A DNA stretch of 64,000 nt from Deltaproteobacteria bacterium (lineage in GTDB: Bacteria; Myxococcota; Kuafuiibacteriia; Kuafuiibacteriales; Kuafuiibacteriaceae), in NCBI GenBank assembly GCA_040218735.1, contig JAVJQW010000011.1, positions 288,001-352,000 on the forward strand. Direction: 5' to 3'. The position numbers and the translations under genes are program-made. Positions 45,035 through 54,587 of this stretch are shown piece by piece. The notes beneath the pieces were generated by a model. That model was given only the letters and a program-made list of their open reading frames with translations. It was not told the DNA's origin and searched no databases. Numbering within the stretch: the stretch's first letter is position 1; each line of letters begins with the position of its first letter.

Positions 45035-46990
45035 CTACGATTTGAAATCCTCGGCGTCGAGCGACACATCGGTCGGAAGTTCCACATCGTCCGCGACGAC
45101 GAGTAGATCTGTTGGAATTCTCTCACGCCATGTCGCAACGACCGTTGCCTCTTCCGCGTCCTTGAGTTGCTGCAGAATGGCCTCTGCCATATCCGACGAC
45201 AGCGATGAGTCGATGTCCGGGAGGAGGCCAGTGTCGAGGTACGTCTGAACGTAGTGTTCAGCACCAAACTGCACCGGGACGACCACGTGCGCGTACCCCG
45301 CCGACAGAAACTCCCAATCGGGCGTTTCGAGCCGCGCAGTGGCGGTGGCTTTCCATCGTTCGTGATCCGCCCAGTACGACGGATAGTACGTATAGGCCAT
45401 GTTGTCCCAGTCGAGCATCGTCTCTGTCATGCGGATCTTCCGAGCCTTGAATCCGTACATGTCCGCGATGGGGATCGTGTAGTCGCTTGCCGAGAACGGA
45501 GCACCCGTGAAGTTCGGATCGTTTCCGCTGAGTCCGTCTTCGAGCAGCATCCATATGCAAGCTCGCTTGAGCTCGATGCGTTCGGTGTCACGCCGCTGTA
45601 CGCGGCTCGAGGGCTTGAATGACATCGTCTCGATGTTCTGCTCACCCATCGCGGCCGCCTCTTCGGCGCGACGGCGGTGAGACTCAGCCAGCGCTGCGTA
45701 GACCGAAGCGCGCCAGGCTCCGAACGCGGCGGCGGTACGAACGAACGTTACGCGAATTGTGGCGACGAACGAACTGAGCTGTCGCGACACGACGCTCACG
45801 GGAAGCTCGACGTCTGAATCACCGGCAACGTAAGAACTGAAGACGCCATCGCCATCGACGTCATTCGGGTCGGGAAACGCGACGGCCAACGGCGTCCGCG
45901 GAGAGTGGACGGTAGGTGCTGCCTCGTAACGACCTGAGTTGGCTTCGGACGTCGTCAGGTCGTAGAGAGGTATCGAGAGTTCACGACTCTCGCCGTTCAG
46001 CTTTCCCGGGAAAATCGCCTTCGATACGTTACCTACCGTCACCCGCGCTGCGACGTCGTTGTAGGACACGTTTCCATCGAAGTTTATTCCTCGGACCCAG
46101 TTGACGTGAATATTCGCACTCGCGGCAATGTAGCCATCTTCGCCACGGACTACGCCCTGATTGACTGTCGTCGTAGCTTTGCCGTCGTCCGTAACCTCGA
46201 ACGCAATGGATCGCACGAAAGACACCGGGGGAGGCGGAGTGATTTCGACGCCATACTGGACGCATAGGTCGAGATAGTTGTCGACGTCGATATCTTCGAG
46301 GTCGACGTCGAATCGAGACGAGGAGATCGTGTGTGCGGCTGACTTCTTGAACTCAGCGACGATTTCTTTGCGGTAGTAGTGGGCGGGCTCGGGGACGAGG
46401 ATTTCGAGCATCATTCGCGAGCCGTACCGAACCAGGTTGAACTCCTCGACCTTGTCGATCCAACGGTAGATTGCCGTCATGTGATCGTTGTCCACGCTAT
46501 TCTCGAGCGTGTGTGAGTAGGTCGTTTCCTTTTCGCGGAGCAGCCGCTGCTCTCGTCTCAGCCTCGTCTCCTTTCGAATGGCTTCAACGGCGTGCTCGAC
46601 CTTCTCTTTGGCATGTTCGGAGGCGTTGCGCTTCGATATCGCCTCACTCGTCGACTGCTCGAACCCAAAGTTCGTCGAGAAATCGACGAATCCCATGGAG
46701 CCCGACACTTCAGCGCCAATGGAGAGGTTCGTCGACTCACTGGCCTGTTCCTGGACCTCGGACTCGAGGCGGCTTCGCTGAGAAGTGCGGATCTCGTGCC
46801 GACTCTCCTCGACGGCGGTCTCTTCACTTTCGAAGACGTTCTCGCTCCGATGGAGGACTCGGCTCGTCTCGACTTTAGTTTCTCCACGGATGACGTTTTG
46901 AATGTAGGCTATCTCACCGCGAAGGTAGCCGAGCGTGCCGGACTCGAGAACGTAGAGGTCACCAAAGACCGGCTTGACTTTCCTGTTCAC
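45035..46990 (-). CDS. Conserved uncharacterised protein with a beta-PFT-like amphipathic hairpin (island gene 2)
   Basis: 651-aa ORF: GDLYV...Y..GEIAYIQNVIRGE, IYRWIDK...YG.RMM.E..VPEPA, DWDNM.Y.YYP.YW, FLSAG.A.VVVPV, W.ERIPT. I recall these motifs from a widespread hypothetical family. Confidence 0.75.
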   Translation of the reverse strand: MNRKVKPVFGDLYVLESGTLGYLRGEIAYIQNVIRGETKVETSRVLHRSENVFESEETAVEESRHEIRTSQRSRLESEVQEQASESTNLSIGAEVSGSMGFVDFSTNFGFEQSTSEAISKRNASEHAKEKVEHAVEAIRKETRLRREQRLLREKETTYSHTLENSVDNDHMTAIYRWIDKVEEFNLVRYGSRMMLEILVPEPAHYYRKEIVAEFKKSAAHTISSSRFDVDLEDIDVDNYLDLCVQYGVEITPPPPVSFVRSIAFEVTDDGKATTTVNQGVVRGEDGYIAASANIHVNWVRGINFDGNVSYNDVAARVTVGNVSKAIFPGKLNGESRELSIPLYDLTTSEANSGRYEAAPTVHSPRTPLAVAFPDPNDVDGDGVFSSYVAGDSDVELPVSVVSRQLSSFVATIRVTFVRTAAAFGAWRASVYAALAESHRRRAEEAAAMGEQNIETMSFKPSSRVQRRDTERIELKRACIWMLLEDGLSGNDPNFTGAPFSASDYTIPIADMYGFKARKIRMTETMLDWDNMAYTYYPSYWADHERWKATATARLETPDWEFLSAGYAHVVVPVQFGAEHYVQTYLDTGLLPDIDSSLSSDMAEAILQQLKDAEEATVVATWRERIPTDLLVVADDVELPTDVSLDAEDFKS

Positions 46991-47538
46991 GGCGCACCCC
47001 GCTTCAGATGACCTTCGATACGATGTAGTGCCGCAACCAAGCTCGTCGAAGGCACCACGCCTTCGACCGACAAGGCAGCCTCCGCAAGCGCGTCAGGCAA
47101 CTCATCGACCCGTGCCGTCGGGCGTATCCCGATCTCCTCGCGCAAGGCTCGGGCTGCTACAAGGGCCTGACTCGCTGGACGGCTGGAGCCACGCACGGAC
47201 GAGCGCGTCACGGGAGGGAGTCGGAGGCGCGTCCTTCGGTCCACATCCAGAGCCTGGCGGTAGCGGACGATGCGATGGCTGTCCCCGTGGATCTCGGCGA
47301 GAGCCAGGGCTTCGACAATGCCTCGCCGACTCTCTGGGTCATCGCAGCCTTCGGAGATCATGCGATCCGCCGTGTCGTAGATCCGCGAACTCCAACGATC
47401 GTAAGTGGCTGGGCTCGACCGTTGCTTCGCATGGAACGTCTCGATAAAGGACATCTCGACGTCGATAAACTCAGGCCCCGAGCTTCGGCCCAACTCTCGG
47501 GGTCGCCGCAGCGCGACATATCTGAGGACCGTTGGCAT
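46987..47538 (-). CDS. Hypothetical protein (island gene 1)
   Basis: 183-aa ORF with a GGAGG RBS upstream (47551-47555) and a GTGA overlap with gene 2. Confidence 0.6.
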   Translation of the reverse strand: MPTVLRYVALRRPRELGRSSGPEFIDVEMSFIETFHAKQRSSPATYDRWSSRIYDTADRMISEGCDDPESRRGIVEALALAEIHGDSHRIVRYRQALDVDRRTRLRLPPVTRSSVRGSSRPASQALVAARALREEIGIRPTARVDELPDALAEAALSVEGVVPSTSLVAALHRIEGHLKRGAP

Positions 47539-47782
47539 GGGCTGTCGTGTCCTCCACCTTCAGGATGCAGTCAAGGTGTACACGGACGACGAACTGCGAG
47601 GCCCGAAGGCAACCAATGACCGCCAGTAGCTGGCTGCTCAGATCGTGCCTCGCGATGAAGAAGGGGAGTCGACGGCGGGCAGGAGCAGCGTTCTTCTGAG
47701 TGATCGAATCGAATCCACCGACGACCAAGGGGAGTGCTGGCTCGGCCCCCCGAAGCATCGTCAAACCGATCTGCGTCAACGC

Positions 47783-48499
47783 TTAGGTGAGCGCGTCGAC
47801 CACGAAGCGGCCGAGGCCCTCGAGGACCTCCATCGGGATCTCGTGCTGCCCCGAGAACGGGACGAAGCTCGCCTTCAGGCCTGCGTCGACCAGCGCCGCA
47901 TGGAGCTGCTCGGCGATCGAGAACGGGAGGATCGGATCCACGCGCCCGTGGCTCTGGTACACCGGGAGGCCGGCGCGCGCCGGCATCTTCGGCGTCCACT
48001 CCTTCTCGGCGAGGAGCGTCCCGGAGAGCACCGCGAGGCCGGCGAAAGGACGCGCGGTCCGCAGCGTGACGTCGGTGGTGAGCATCGCACCCTGCGAAAA
48101 ACCTCCGACGATCAGGCGGTCGTCCGTGACGCCGAGGCGCTCGGACACGGCGTCGAGGCACGCGATCAACATCTCGCGCGCCGACGTCAGCCCCTCGGGC
48201 ACGTCGCGGGTGAGGTCGCGGACCTGTCCGGTCATCATCGCGCGCTGCATGCGCTCCATGTCGATCATCCACCAGGCGCGCGCCGGCACGCCGAACATGT
48301 GGTCGAGCGCGAGCGGCGCCTCCGGGAAGACGAAGCGCGTCCCGGTCGGGGCGTCGATGTAGTTCGCGAGGGGGACGAGGTCGGTGCCGGTGGCGCCGAA
48401 GCCGTGCAACAGCACCACCACCGGACCGTCCCCCGAACCGCGTCCGTCGTCCCCACCGAGGATCCGGACGTTCAACGGTCCGAGCTTCTCCACCTGCAT
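47783..48499 (-). CDS. Alpha/beta hydrolase, phospholipase/carboxylesterase family
   Basis: LLHGFGA, FVFPEAP, GGFSQGAM, HGRVDPILP, GQHEI. Confidence 0.9.
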   Translation of the reverse strand: MQVEKLGPLNVRILGGDDGRGSGDGPVVVLLHGFGATGTDLVPLANYIDAPTGTRFVFPEAPLALDHMFGVPARAWWMIDMERMQRAMMTGQVRDLTRDVPEGLTSAREMLIACLDAVSERLGVTDDRLIVGGFSQGAMLTTDVTLRTARPFAGLAVLSGTLLAEKEWTPKMPARAGLPVYQSHGRVDPILPFSIAEQLHAALVDAGLKASFVPFSGQHEIPMEVLEGLGRFVVDALT

Positions 48500-48579
48500 G
48501 GGTGCGCGGTTACCGGCGCGAGTGTGATCGCGTCAACGGACCATTTGACGCGCCGTTTGACTGTACGGTGAACGTGTCG

Positions 48580-48867
48580 ATGGTGAAGAAGATGAACGCC
48601 GCCACGAAGCAGCTAACGCGACGCCCCGGCGCCCTTTGGCGCTACTTCACGGACCGCGAAGCACCGATGCTCCCGAAGCTCGGGCTCCTCTTCGCGACGG
48701 CTTATGTCCTGCTTCCGATCGACGCGATCCCCGACGTCGCCCCGCTCATTGGATGGCTGGACGACCTCGGGGTCGTGACCTTGGGGATCGGCTGGCTGAC
48801 GAAATCGGTGCTGAGCTACGACGCTCGCACGCGGGAGGCGATCACGCCTCCGAAGTCGCCTTCTTGA
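48580..48867 (+). CDS. YkvA/DUF1232 family membrane protein
   Basis: YVLLPIDAIPDVAPLIGWLDDL. Confidence 0.88.
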   Translation: MVKKMNAATKQLTRRPGALWRYFTDREAPMLPKLGLLFATAYVLLPIDAIPDVAPLIGWLDDLGVVTLGIGWLTKSVLSYDARTREAITPPKSPS

Positions 48868-49312
48868 CCGCCTCGTAGTCCGGCTCCTGGCCGGGGTTGT
48901 CGGCGATCCAGCTCCAGGTGACGTTCCCTTCCTTGTTGATCACGAAGACGCTGCGCTTGGCGGCCGTGTAACCCGGCATGCCCGCGAAGTCCTCGTGCGC
49001 CACGCCGTAGTTGTTCACCATGTCGCGGCTGTAGTCGGAGAGGATCTTGAAGTTGACGCCGTTCTTCTCGGCGAACGCGGCGTTCGCAAAGGGGGCGTCG
49101 ACGCTCACGCCGAGGACTTCGGCGTCGAGGTCGTTGAACGACGCGAGCGCGTCGCGGAACTTGCAGAGCTCCTTCTCGCAGACGCCCGTGAAGGCGGCCG
49201 GGAAGAACGCGAGGACCACGCGCTTGCCGCGCAGGCCTTCGAGGGAGACCGCTTCACGCTTGTGATCGACGGTCTTGAAATCGGGTGCGGGTTGACCAAC
49301 GGCTGCTACCAT
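48842..49312 (-). CDS. Peroxiredoxin (AhpE/BCP-like)
   Basis: GQPAPDF, FFPAAFTGVCEKE, ILSDY, KRSVFVI. Confidence 0.9.
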   Translation of the reverse strand: MVAAVGQPAPDFKTVDHKREAVSLEGLRGKRVVLAFFPAAFTGVCEKELCKFRDALASFNDLDAEVLGVSVDAPFANAAFAEKNGVNFKILSDYSRDMVNNYGVAHEDFAGMPGYTAAKRSVFVINKEGNVTWSWIADNPGQEPDYEAVKKATSEA

Positions 49313-49380
49313 GGCGGCAAGGCGTAGCGAGAAGCGGGCCGCGGCGCAACGCCAAAACCACCTCGCCCCAGGAACCTACC

Positions 49381-51288
<1,908 letters not shown>

Positions 51289-51322
51289 AAGGGGCGGTTG
51301 AGGGGGGGCTGAGGGGGCTGCG

Positions 51323-52357
51323 CTACATCGCGCTGTACGCGAGCCAACCGACGCACGGCAGGTCGCCGCCGACGATCATCGTGCCGTCCGACGAGACCTG
51401 CGCAGAGCCGAACTCGTACCACTCCGACTCGTCGACGAGGTAGTCGTCCATCCCGGGGCGCGGCACGGAGCACAGCAGACCGCCGAGCACGTACAGGCGC
51501 ACCGACGAGTTCGCGGCGAGGCCCGTGGTGTTCGGGATGCGGATCGGGAACGTCACCGAGTTGAGGTCGGTCTCCGGCGAGAACGCGTAGATGCCTTCGT
51601 AGGTCGTCGGGCTGCCGGCGAGCGTGCAGACTTCCGACTGCTGGACACGCACCGCACCGAGCTCCTCGAACGGCGCGGGGAAGTCGTCCGGCACGACGTC
51701 CAGCTCCAGACCGTCGTCGAACGTCACCGTCTGCTCGACGAGGGGGTCACCCTCCTCGAGGTCCGGGACGCGGATCGTCTCGAAGAGGCGCACCGGCTCG
51801 GTCACCTCGAGGCGCGCCGCGCCTGCGGTGATGTCGCAGTACGTGAACGCCGTGTTGTTGTTGGTGCTGAACGCACGCGCGACCATGTGCGTCGCGCACC
51901 GGAAGGACTCCGGCACCAGCACTTCGTAGCGACCGTCCGCGCAGACCGGGCGCGGGATGAGGCAGGTGGCCTGGTCGTTGCGCGCGTCCGTCAGGCAGAT
52001 GTTCACGCCGGCGCCATCGGCCGGGTTCCCCTGCGGATCGTTCACCCGACCCGAGACCGTGACGGTCCAGGTACCGCCCGTCCCGTTGCACGCCTGGTCC
52101 GGCGTGGTGTCGACGTTCTCCTCGATCGCGCAGCCTCCGTCGAAGGGCGGCGGCTCGGTGCCGCCGTCGCGCGGGCCTGCGTCACGGGGCGGGCCGCCGT
52201 CGCGCTCGACGCCCGCGTCGCGCGGGGTCTGTTCGCCGCCGTCGCGGGGCGTCGTGATGTCGTCGTTTCCGTCATCGCCCGAAGAACAAGCGATTGCGGT
52301 TGCAGCGACGAACGGGATGGTAAACAGCAGGCCGAGCTTTCGGGTGTGGTGTCGCAT
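51323..52357 (-). CDS. Cys-rich hypothetical lipoprotein with a PRDGG low-complexity linker
   Basis: MRHHTRKLG...AIAC lipobox; PRDGG/PRDAG repeats. Confidence 0.7.
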   Translation of the reverse strand: MRHHTRKLGLLFTIPFVAATAIACSSGDDGNDDITTPRDGGEQTPRDAGVERDGGPPRDAGPRDGGTEPPPFDGGCAIEENVDTTPDQACNGTGGTWTVTVSGRVNDPQGNPADGAGVNICLTDARNDQATCLIPRPVCADGRYEVLVPESFRCATHMVARAFSTNNNTAFTYCDITAGAARLEVTEPVRLFETIRVPDLEEGDPLVEQTVTFDDGLELDVVPDDFPAPFEELGAVRVQQSEVCTLAGSPTTYEGIYAFSPETDLNSVTFPIRIPNTTGLAANSSVRLYVLGGLLCSVPRPGMDDYLVDESEWYEFGSAQVSSDGTMIVGGDLPCVGWLAYSAM

Positions 52358-54584
52358 GGTGACCGAGGCGAACCGTAGCATAGCGGTCAAGACGCTGTCC
52401 CTCCTGTTGTGGTTCGTCACCTGCTCGACGTTCGGGACAGCCGACGCCGCCCCCAAGAAGTCCGTACGCGCGCACCCGCGCGGGGACACGGCGATCGTGA
52501 TCGACGGCGTCCTCGACGAATCCGCGTGGGGACAGGCCCCCGTCGCGACCGGCTTCGTCGAGCGCGAGCCCTACCCTGGACGCCCCGCCGCCGCGAAGAC
52601 GACGTTCTCGGTCCTCTACGACGCCGACCACCTGTACATCGGCGTCGTCTCTCACCTGGACCCCGAGGAGGTGCCGCGCGCGCTCGAGCTGTCGCGCGAC
52701 AACTTCGACATCTTCGCCGACGACGTCATCTCGCTGAAGTTCGACGCACGCCTCGACGCACGCAACACCGTCGGCTTGGCGACCAACCCGGCCGGCGCGC
52801 AGCTCGACTACGTCGTCGTCGACAACGGCGGCTCGTTCCGGCGCGAGTTCGACGCGAACTGGATCGTCGCCACCACCGTCGAAGCGGATCGGTGGACCGC
52901 CGAGTTCGCGATCCCGATCGCGGCGCTCGGCCTCACCGGCGACGTCGGCGAACGTTCGATCGGCCTCAACGTCACGCGCGATCACAACCGTCGCCTCGCG
53001 ACCTACGACTGGAACGCGATGGCGCCCGAGTTCGGCCCGACGAACGCCAACTTCTACGGCCGCGTCGACGGGCTCGTCGACGTCGCCGGCGGACGCACGC
53101 TCACGCTCATCCCCTACGGGCTCGCCGGCTTCTCCCGCGGCCCCGGCGTAGCCGGCGCGGTCGACTTCGATCGCGACCTCGAGCTCAAGATCGGCGGCGA
53201 CATCCGGATGCGCGTCACCGACGACGTCTGGGCCGAGCTCACCGTCCTCACCGACTTCGCGCAGGTCGACCTCGACGACCCCGTGCTCAACCTGGATCGG
53301 TTCCCGCTCTTCTTCCCGGAGCGCCGACCGTTCTTCCTCACCGGGCTCGACGTGTTCGAGTTCGGCGTCTCCGGGTTCGTCAGCCCGTTCTTCACGCGGC
53401 GCATCGGCCTCGACGAAGCGCGCAACGTCGTCCCGCTCCTCGGCGGCCTCAAGGTGTACGGCTCCAGCGGCGACCTTCGGTTCGGCCTCCTCGAAGTGAT
53501 CACCGGCGAGGCCGACGACGCCGCGGCGGAGAACTTCACGATCGCGCGCTCGCGCTACAACTTCGGGGAGCGCGGCTACGTCGGGGTCATCGGAACGTTC
53601 GACGGCGAGATCTCGAACCGCCCCAACGCGATCATGAACCCGGTCGACCCCGGCTTCTCGTTCGGCGCCGACGGCGCGTACATCGCCTTCGACAAACGCC
53701 TCGCGCTGACCGCGTTCTGGACCGGCACGATGAACACGGTCGAAGGCGAGCGCATCGACGGTCAGGCCTGGCGCACGGCGCTCGCGTGGCGCGGCGAGCG
53801 GGTGCAGCCGAGCGTCGCCGTCACCTACGTCAGCGAAGCGTACGACCCGCTCGTCGGCTTCGTCGCGCGGCGCGACCTCGTGCAGTCACGCTTCGATCTC
53901 GCGTGGGTCACACGCCCCGTCGACTCGGCGTTTCGGAACATCATCGTCGGCGCCACGGCGATGCTCGAACACGACGCGGCGCTGTCGAACCTCATCGGCC
54001 AGACCGCCAACGCATACGTGACCACGTCCCTCGCGTCCGGCGTTCGGATCACCGCGGACGCGACCGCGAAGGAGGACTTCGTTCGGCGACCCTTCGAGAA
54101 CCAGGCCGGCGTCACCGTCGCGGCCGGGCGCTACCAAGGCCCGAAGGCTTCGATCGAGATCGTCTCCCCCGAGGCGCGCAACCCTTCCGGCTCGCTGCGC
54201 TACGCCTACGACGGCGCGCTGTTCGGTGGCGAGCGCCACGACCTAGGCGCGAGCGCCGCCGTCCGGCTCGGCCCTCACTTCAACGCGCGCGCGTCCGCGA
54301 CGTACACGGTGTTCGAGTTCCCCGGCGTCGAAGCGCAGCAGACGGTGATCGGCAGCGGCACGTTTCGAATCGTGCCGTCCACGCGCTTCTCGATCGATCT
54401 GATCGGCCAGGTGAACGCGCTCACCGAACGCGCCGCGGGCCTGCTGCGGCTGCGCTGGCGCTACCTACCCGGCAGCGAGCTGTTCTTCATCTACCGCGAG
54501 AACATCGACTTCTCGTCGGACGGTCAGGAGGACGGACGCTTCGTCGCCCTCAAGCTGACCTTCCGCTACGACGCGGTGCTGTGA
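52356..54584 (+). CDS. CBM9-like + DUF5916 outer-membrane beta-barrel protein
   Basis: IDGVLDESAW, LYDADHLYIG, WTAEFAIP, TDFAQVDLD, LNLDRFPLFFPERRPFF, FFTRRIGL. Start uncertain. Confidence 0.85.
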   Translation: MVTEANRSIAVKTLSLLLWFVTCSTFGTADAAPKKSVRAHPRGDTAIVIDGVLDESAWGQAPVATGFVEREPYPGRPAAAKTTFSVLYDADHLYIGVVSHLDPEEVPRALELSRDNFDIFADDVISLKFDARLDARNTVGLATNPAGAQLDYVVVDNGGSFRREFDANWIVATTVEADRWTAEFAIPIAALGLTGDVGERSIGLNVTRDHNRRLATYDWNAMAPEFGPTNANFYGRVDGLVDVAGGRTLTLIPYGLAGFSRGPGVAGAVDFDRDLELKIGGDIRMRVTDDVWAELTVLTDFAQVDLDDPVLNLDRFPLFFPERRPFFLTGLDVFEFGVSGFVSPFFTRRIGLDEARNVVPLLGGLKVYGSSGDLRFGLLEVITGEADDAAAENFTIARSRYNFGERGYVGVIGTFDGEISNRPNAIMNPVDPGFSFGADGAYIAFDKRLALTAFWTGTMNTVEGERIDGQAWRTALAWRGERVQPSVAVTYVSEAYDPLVGFVARRDLVQSRFDLAWVTRPVDSAFRNIIVGATAMLEHDAALSNLIGQTANAYVTTSLASGVRITADATAKEDFVRRPFENQAGVTVAAGRYQGPKASIEIVSPEARNPSGSLRYAYDGALFGGERHDLGASAAVRLGPHFNARASATYTVFEFPGVEAQQTVIGSGTFRIVPSTRFSIDLIGQVNALTERAAGLLRLRWRYLPGSELFFIYRENIDFSSDGQEDGRFVALKLTFRYDAVL

Positions 54585-54587
54585 GCC

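Larger units (their letters stand above)
43560..47780. other. Lower-GC three-gene island, probably horizontally acquired
   Basis: Hand-counted 60-nt lines: 46081 = 48% GC and 44101 = 55%, versus 68% at 43021 in the flank. No integrase or transposase. Confidence 0.7.

Noticed and set aside
43514-47756. Imperfect direct repeat GGCCCCCGTAGC (43514) / GGCCCCCCGAAGC (47744) at the island edges as a target-site duplication
   Set aside because: Short, imperfect and GC-rich, so it is plausible by chance; no integrase or tRNA. An empty-site comparison would be needed.
47471-47779. 102-aa ORF upstream of island gene 1
   Set aside because: Overlaps gene 1 and its RBS, has no motif, and is more likely a promoter/leader region.
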